The translations under genes were made by a program, and so were the position numbers. Below the pieces are notes generated by a model. It did no database searches, was not told the origin of the DNA, and saw nothing but the letters and a program-made list of their open reading frames with translations. This document shows, in pieces, positions 55,729 to 60,287 of a DNA stretch of 60,287 bases. The stretch comes from a bacterium UBP6_UBA1209. GTDB lineage: Bacteria; UBP6; UBA1177. The DNA lies in contig DBXP01000044.1 in the NCBI GenBank assembly GCA_002309575.1, positions 1 through 60,287 of the forward strand, written 5' to 3'. How positions within the stretch are numbered: position 1 is the stretch's first letter; every line of letters begins with the position of its first letter.

Positions 55729-56646
55729 ATGATAGACTCACGAAACGGTTGGATTACCTGCCTCGACTCAGAATTTTGCGATCTTTTGCCCGGAACAAAG
55801 GTGCGTCTGACGCAGTGCCTTGCCTGCAAAAACAGGTTTTGTCCTGTAAAATCAGAGATTTTCGCTGTTTGCTTCCCCGAGTGGATCCCGCTGAGCGAAG
55901 CCAGGCTGAATGCCAAAATAATCGAGCTGAACAAAAAGTTTCAGCGCAGGAAGATGTCACTCTCGCAGCTTTGCTGCCCCAAAAAAAAGCAGGTTTCAAG
56001 CTGTTCAGCGAGGAGTGTTTTCTGCAAATACAACCAGATTTGCGGAGTCAATCAGAAACGTGAAGGCGCAGAGTTTATAAGGTCAATAAGGTGGAGGAGA
56101 GAGATGATTTATTACGTAATGTATCTGGATGGCACATCGGAGATTGTAAACCGCAATGATTTCGTCAATGTCGACATCGAAAAAGTGGAGAGGGTCTATC
56201 CCGGAAACTACGAGGTCCGTGTCGTTTCCGAACTGGTCCCGCTCGGAGAGGAGCAGGCGAAGATGAACGAAACGATCGCAGGCTTCAAAGAAAAGTATAC
56301 CGGAGAGGTCGTAACAAACGGGGGGCTTGTCGAATTTCAGGAGTGGTTCGAAAAGGCGTCTGTCGGTGAAAGCGCCGTCATCCCCGAGAAGATCCTTGTT
56401 CCGCAGAAGACTTATCGTGTTGTAAAGATTAAGGATTCTGATCCTGAACCGAAGCCTAGGGAGGTGGCGGAGCCGGTCAAGCCTCTGGATGAACCGAAAA
56501 TCATCGAGCCTGAACCGGAGCTCCCTGCAGCCAAAACCGAACCTGCCGAAAAACACCAGAACAGCGATTTCGAACAGGCGACCCTTTTCGGAGAAGAGGA
56601 GTCCGCTCCGAAAAAACGCGGAAGGAAAAAAAAGGCGGAAGAGTAG
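55729..56646 (+). CDS. Hypothetical protein with Cys-rich N-terminal region; possible second start at 56104
   Basis: 11 Cys in the first 105 aa. In-frame ATG 56104 is preceded by GGAGGAG. Pro/Glu-rich tail ending PKKRGRKKK. Confidence 0.65.
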   Translation: MIDSRNGWITCLDSEFCDLLPGTKVRLTQCLACKNRFCPVKSEIFAVCFPEWIPLSEARLNAKIIELNKKFQRRKMSLSQLCCPKKKQVSSCSARSVFCKYNQICGVNQKREGAEFIRSIRWRREMIYYVMYLDGTSEIVNRNDFVNVDIEKVERVYPGNYEVRVVSELVPLGEEQAKMNETIAGFKEKYTGEVVTNGGLVEFQEWFEKASVGESAVIPEKILVPQKTYRVVKIKDSDPEPKPREVAEPVKPLDEPKIIEPEPELPAAKTEPAEKHQNSDFEQATLFGEEESAPKKRGRKKKAEE

Positions 56647-56649
56647 CCT

Positions 56650-57135
56650 ATGCTTCTGAATCGGGATGAAATCTCTGGATATCAGGCGGAGATCGAGGCG
56701 GTAGGAGAGGCCTTTTTCGGGGATGCTACCGCATCCTTTATTAAATATATAATAGGTAATACAAATACAAATAATAGCGAATCTCATCGCCGGGTTTTTG
56801 TCAGAACTGCCGGGAGCCGTGTCGTCGCCTTTCTGATCCTTTCGACGGTGCTCGACGAGTCGGAAATCCTTCAGGTCGCTGTAAAAAAAGAGTGCCAGAG
56901 ATGCGGTCTTGCCGCTGCCCTGCTTGACGAGGTCTTCGATTTTTGCAGGAAGAGCGGGATCTCTAAAATTTTTCTCGAGGTTCGCGAAGGTAATTTCCCG
57001 GCAAGGTTGCTTTACAAAAAATTCGAATTCGAAGAGGCGGGCCTCAGGAGAGACTACTACGAAAACCCGCGTGAAAACGCTGTCGTTATGTCGAAAAATC
57101 TTTCCGTTTCTGGTGCCGAAAAACCTAAAAAATAA
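56650..57135 (+). CDS. rimI: Ribosomal-protein N-acetyltransferase RimI (GNAT)
   Basis: EILQVAV....R.GLA..LL, FLEVREGN..A..LY.KF.F...G.RRDYY.NP.ENA..M. Confidence 0.88.
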   Translation: MLLNRDEISGYQAEIEAVGEAFFGDATASFIKYIIGNTNTNNSESHRRVFVRTAGSRVVAFLILSTVLDESEILQVAVKKECQRCGLAAALLDEVFDFCRKSGISKIFLEVREGNFPARLLYKKFEFEEAGLRRDYYENPRENAVVMSKNLSVSGAEKPKK

Positions 57136-57216
57136 AAAAAAGAAAAATAGCGTAAAAACAACTTGGTGTAATTCTCCAATAATTCCAACCCATTAAAATA
57201 AAAAACAGCCAAATCT

Positions 57217-57251
57217 TTGACAGTTCGAGGTCCCTCCTTATAATGCCGCCC
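57217..57251 (+). promoter_or_regulatory. str operon promoter with GC-rich discriminator
   Basis: Perfect TTGACA-N16-TATAAT followed by GCCGCCC. Confidence 0.75.
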
Positions 57252-57288
57252 GTTTCTTGGGAATGGTACATATTTTTAGGAGTAGAAA

Positions 57289-57660
57289 ATGCCAACCATT
57301 AATCAGTTAATCAGAAAAGGTCGCAAAGACCAGCAAAACAAAAGCAAGTGTCCTGCACTTGTTTCGTGTCCGCAGAGAAAAGGCGTATGTGTCCGTGTTT
57401 ACACGACAACGCCGAAGAAGCCGAATTCGGCTCTCAGAAAGGTCGCAAGGGTTCGTTTAACAAGCGGTTTTGAAGTGACTTGTTATATCCCCGGTGAAGG
57501 CCACAATCTTCAGGAGCACAGCGTTGTTCTTGTCAGAGGCGGCAGGGTCAAGGATTTGCCGGGTGTCCGTTATCACATCGTCAGAGGCACAAACGATACC
57601 TCCGGAGTAAATAACAGAAAGCAAAGTCGTTCAAAGTACGGCGCTAAGAGACCGAAGTAG
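57289..57660 (+). CDS. rpsL: 30S ribosomal protein S12
   Basis: [27 protein letters not shown] and [13 protein letters not shown]. Confidence 0.99.
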   Translation: MPTINQLIRKGRKDQQNKSKCPALVSCPQRKGVCVRVYTTTPKKPNSALRKVARVRLTSGFEVTCYIPGEGHNLQEHSVVLVRGGRVKDLPGVRYHIVRGTNDTSGVNNRKQSRSKYGAKRPK

Positions 57661-57674
57661 CAGGGGGTAAACAA

Positions 57675-58145
57675 ATGCCAAGAAGAAAATGTGTAGCAAA
57701 AAGAGAGGTTTCCGTAGATCCGAAATACGGAGATGTTCTTCTTCAGAAGTTTATCAACAAGATAATGCTTCAAGGAAAGAAAAGCGTTGCAGAGACGATC
57801 GTCTACTCGGCAATCGAAACTGCAGCTCAAGGTAAAAAAGAGGGCCCGGTCGAGGTTTTCAAGCTTGCGCTCGACAACATCAGACCGCAGGTCATGGTAA
57901 AATCGACAAGACTCGGCGGCGCGACCTATCAGGTTCCTACCGAGGTTTCTCTCGAGAACAGCCAGGCGATCGGAATGAAATGGATCATCACCTTCTCGCG
58001 CAAAAGAGCTGAAAAGGGAATGGCTCAGAAGCTCGCTGCGGAGCTTGACGATGCATTCAACAAGAGAGGAAACTCCTTCAAGAGAAAAGAGGAGACCCTC
58101 AGAATGGCAGAAGCAAACAAGGCTTTCGCTCACTTTAAATGGTAA
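57675..58145 (+). CDS. rpsG: 30S ribosomal protein S7
   Basis: MPRR, DPKYG, GKKSVAE, GGATYQVP and RMAEANKAFAHFKW. Confidence 0.99.
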   Translation: MPRRKCVAKREVSVDPKYGDVLLQKFINKIMLQGKKSVAETIVYSAIETAAQGKKEGPVEVFKLALDNIRPQVMVKSTRLGGATYQVPTEVSLENSQAIGMKWIITFSRKRAEKGMAQKLAAELDDAFNKRGNSFKRKEETLRMAEANKAFAHFKW

Positions 58146-58169
58146 AAACAAGGTAACGGCTGACTTACG

Positions 58170-60254
58170 ATGACGACTCAGGAAAGAAACGTAGCTCTTG
58201 AAGATATCAGGAATATCGGCATTATGGCGCACATCGATGCCGGTAAGACTACCACGACAGAGCGTATTCTTTTCTACACGGGTGTATCCCGCAAGATGGG
58301 TGAGGTACACGAAGGAACGGCCGTTATGGATTGGATGGATCAGGAGCAGGAGCGCGGCATTACGATCACATCGGCTGCAACCACCTGCTACTGGAGAGAA
58401 AAACGCATCAACATCATCGACACTCCCGGACACGTAGACTTCACGATCGAAGTCGAAAGGTCGCTGAGGGTGCTTGACGGCGCGATCGCTGTCTTCTGTG
58501 CTGTCGGCGGTGTCGAGCCTCAGTCGGAGACGGTCTGGAGACAGGCTGACAAATATTCCGTTCCGAGACTCGCGTTCGTCAACAAGATGGACAGGATCGG
58601 CGCGGATTTCTTCCACGTCATCGACATGATGAAGACACGCCTCGGAGCCAACGCGGTTGCGGTTCAGGTCCCGGTAGGCAAGGAGGAGGATTTCCGCGGA
58701 ATAATCGACATCATCGACATGAAAACCTGCTACTACGACAGCGATGTCCTCGGAGCGGTTTACCGTGTCGAAGAGTCGATCCCTGAAGAGTACAAGGCAA
58801 CGGTCGACGAGTGCCGCGAGAGACTCTTTGAAGTTCTCTCGGACTACGACGAGGAGATCATGGCGAAGTTCCTTGAGGGCGAACCGATAGAACCCGCCAA
58901 GATCCGCAGCGCTTTGAGAAAGGCTGTGATCAAAAACGCGATCTTCCCGGTCTTCTGCGGCAGCTCGTTCAAAAACAAGGGTGTTCAGCTTCTGCTCGAC
59001 GCGGTCGTTGACTACCTTCCGTCGCCTATCGACGTTCCGCCTGTAAAGGTTCACACGGTCGACGGAAAGGATGCCGGCACGGTTTGCGCGACCGATACCT
59101 TCCCCGGCGCCCTGATTTTCAAGATCATGTCCGATCCTTATGTCGGCGAGCTTGATTTCGTCAGGGTCTACAGCGGTGAACTCAGAGTCGGTCAGCAGTA
59201 TTACAACTCGCTCTCCGGCAAGGTCGAGAGGATCGGCAGACTGCTCAGGATGCACGCCAACAAGCGCGAGGATGTCGATTTTATCCCGTCGGGCAATATC
59301 GGCGCAGTTGTCGGTCTGAAGTTCGCGACGACCGGTTCGACGCTCTGCGAAAAGCAGAAGGCGTTCGTCTTCGAGAAGATAGCCTTCCCGGAGCCGGTTA
59401 TCAGCATCGCGATCGAGCCTAAGACCAAGGCAGACGAGGAGAAGCTCTCCTACTCGCTTGAAAAGCTGGCGAAGGAGGATCCGAGCTTCCGCGTCAACAC
59501 CGACGCCGAGACCGGCCAGACGATCATCTCCGGAATGGGCGAGCTCCATCTGGAGGTCCTTGTCGAGCGTCTCCGCAGGGAATTCAAGGTTGATGCGCAT
59601 GTCGGCAGCCCGATGGTCAGCTACCGCGAAACCTTCTCGATTCCGGTCAGGATGGAACACAAACTTGTCAAACAGACGGGCGGAAAGGGTCAGTACGCTC
59701 ACGTTGTTATGGAGTTTGAGCCGCTTCCTGCCGGTTCGGGTATCGTTTTCGAGGACAGGACGAAGGGCGGAATCATTCCGAAGCTTTTTGTCGGCGCTAT
59801 CGAAAAGGGCGTCGAGACGGCTTCGTTCGGCGGACGCTACGGCTTCCCGGTTGTAGATGTCAGTGTCGCGCTTGTTGACGGTTCGTTCCACGAGGTCGAC
59901 TCCTCTGAAATGGCTTTCAAGGTCGCGACGGTCAACTGCTTCCGCGAGGCCGAAGAGAAGTCCAGGCCGAGGATCCTGGAACCGGTCATGAATGTCGAGA
60001 TCACGGTTCCGGAACAGTACATGGGTGATGTTATGGGAAATCTTCAGTCAAAAAGGTCCGAGATAATCGGATTTGAAGACGCTGCCGGCGGGATGAGGAT
60101 CGTAAAGGTCTCCGTGCCGCTTGCCGAGATGTTCGGCTACATGACAAGCCTTAGATCGCAAACGCAGGGCAGAGGAACCTTCACGATGAGCTTCTCGCAC
60201 TACAAGGAGATTCCCGAGGCAATAAAAAAACAGAAATTCGGTATAACTTTTTAA
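58170..60254 (+). CDS. fusA: Elongation factor G
   Basis: [40 protein letters not shown] and GMGELHL. Confidence 0.99.
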   Translation: MTTQERNVALEDIRNIGIMAHIDAGKTTTTERILFYTGVSRKMGEVHEGTAVMDWMDQEQERGITITSAATTCYWREKRINIIDTPGHVDFTIEVERSLRVLDGAIAVFCAVGGVEPQSETVWRQADKYSVPRLAFVNKMDRIGADFFHVIDMMKTRLGANAVAVQVPVGKEEDFRGIIDIIDMKTCYYDSDVLGAVYRVEESIPEEYKATVDECRERLFEVLSDYDEEIMAKFLEGEPIEPAKIRSALRKAVIKNAIFPVFCGSSFKNKGVQLLLDAVVDYLPSPIDVPPVKVHTVDGKDAGTVCATDTFPGALIFKIMSDPYVGELDFVRVYSGELRVGQQYYNSLSGKVERIGRLLRMHANKREDVDFIPSGNIGAVVGLKFATTGSTLCEKQKAFVFEKIAFPEPVISIAIEPKTKADEEKLSYSLEKLAKEDPSFRVNTDAETGQTIISGMGELHLEVLVERLRREFKVDAHVGSPMVSYRETFSIPVRMEHKLVKQTGGKGQYAHVVMEFEPLPAGSGIVFEDRTKGGIIPKLFVGAIEKGVETASFGGRYGFPVVDVSVALVDGSFHEVDSSEMAFKVATVNCFREAEEKSRPRILEPVMNVEITVPEQYMGDVMGNLQSKRSEIIGFEDAAGGMRIVKVSVPLAEMFGYMTSLRSQTQGRGTFTMSFSHYKEIPEAIKKQKFGITF

Positions 60255-60275
60255 CTACTCTAGAGGGAGGAAGGA

Positions 60276-60287
60276 ATGGCAAAAGCG
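60276..60287 (+). CDS. tuf: Elongation factor Tu, first four codons only (truncated by the window end)
   Basis: GGAGG RBS, ATG GCA AAA GCG (MAKA), canonical position after fusA. Confidence 0.7.

Noticed and set aside
56735-56780. AT-rich patch with an ACAAAT duplication inside rimI
   Set aside because: Short, in frame and in a variable loop; no evidence of an insertion element.
57573-59891. 772-aa ORF on the - strand
   Set aside because: Antisense shadow of rpsG and fusA.

Overview
Core-chromosome segment of an uncultured-looking diderm bacterium; coding GC is about 50-55% by eye. Myxobacterial-style Cys-rich repeats, a GC-TM-RR C-terminal sorting signal and many lipoproteins suggest a Myxococcota/Deltaproteobacteria-like relative, but this is inference only. 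Housekeeping content: recB-recD (no recC), add, ECF sigma, apbE-panB-rsmA, parB with an adjacent parS-like site, amidase-prmC-clpP-clpX-lon, rpsT-hutI, yebC-ruvCAB, rimI and rpsL-rpsG-fusA-tuf (tuf cut by the window end). No tRNA, rRNA, CRISPR array, transposase, integrase or reverse transcriptase was recognised. Four features stand out. (1) A 3451-aa mosaic surface lipoprotein with 15 GDPIM peptide repeats inside or next to a ZU5-like domain ending in an HFS putative autoproteolysis motif, plus seven Lcl/DUF1566-type domains and a GC shift. (2) A perfect (ATTTCTG)6 tract between face-to-face promoters in that gene's leader. (3) A secreted ~1700-aa protein whose coiled coil looks like a symmetric, charge-complementary antiparallel hairpin of roughly 100 nm. 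(4) A recurring 16-bp rather than 17-bp spacer in the best sigma70-like promoters.
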